From NCBI GenBank assembly GCA_036172245.1, contig JAYWIR010000003.1:1116001-1180000 (forward strand): a DNA stretch of 64,000 nt, read 5' to 3'. Source of the stretch: Raillietiella orientalis. Its lineage: Eukaryota. Positions 63,566 to 64,000 of this stretch are shown piece by piece. Every line of letters starts with the position of its first letter. Positions within the stretch are counted from its first letter, which is position 1. Made by a program: the position numbers and the translations under genes. Below the pieces are notes generated by a model that saw nothing but the letters and a program-made list of their open reading frames with translations, had not been told where the DNA came from and did not search any database.

Positions 63566-63930
63566 TCATAATATGAGGCAGCATTTACAATAATGTTGCC
63601 TGGAGCCTCCAACCGCAGGTGGTGTTTGTGGAGCAAAATATGCATGCACTACAATATTAGGTAAATGATTCTAAAATAAAAACGTAATGAAATTTACCAA
63701 AAATCATTGCTGATTACCTTCAAACGTCGTATTCCTGAGCGAGTAATAAGCTGGCAATCATACAGTTCAATTCTTTGGAGATTATGACAACTAGCCAGAT
63801 GCTCTAGAGAATTATCAGTTATTAGAGGACAATTGTCCAGTTCCAGAACTGTTAAGTGTTCACTGGAACACGTGGACATTCCAAGGTACCGGATCCCTTC
63901 ATCGGTTATTAATTCACAATGGGACAAGGT
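63566..63930 (-). CDS. FBXL20: F-box/LRR protein FBXL2/FBXL20 family, last two exons (gene extends beyond the window)
   Basis: TLSHCELITDEGIR..LELDNCPLITD..IELYDCQLITRSGIRRLK | NHLPNIVVHAYFAPQTPPAVGGSRQHYCKCCLIL* (CaaX end); intron 63671-63717. Confidence 0.92.
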
Positions 63931-64000
63931 CTGGAAAAGGCAACTAGACTTCCTACATAGATTTTTTTTTTTCTTTTCAAATAGCACTACAATGCAGTCA

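Overview
Eukaryotic (animal) genomic DNA in two very different halves; everything below was read and aligned by eye, with no searches run. Bases ~1-36,700 form a GC-rich block made almost entirely of nested, rearranged Tx1/L1-clade non-LTR retrotransposon copies of different ages, on both strands. The block includes a near-perfect >=6.2-kb inverted repeat (1-6210 / 17416-23625), a 693-bp inverted repeat, and a full-length element (8315-14045) inserted antisense, with a perfect 16-bp target-site duplication, into the YxDD catalytic codons of another element. Bases ~36,700-64,000 are AT-rich host sequence with four minus-strand, short-intron genes: DNAJC17, an R3H/SUZ protein, a 9-finger C2H2 protein and the 3' end of FBXL2/20. 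The most unexpected signal is a family of three divergent barrier-to-autointegration factor (BAF)-like ORFs in the retroelement block: two intact (28267-28668, 35669-36022) and one broken (29740-29934). Each lies on the same strand directly downstream of a decayed retrotransposon ORF2 C-terminus and behind a conserved polypyrimidine/AG acceptor. They may be retrotransposon-borne BAF-like cargo (an 'ORF3') or a BAF gene family maintained inside transposon debris. The organism cannot be established from the sequence alone.
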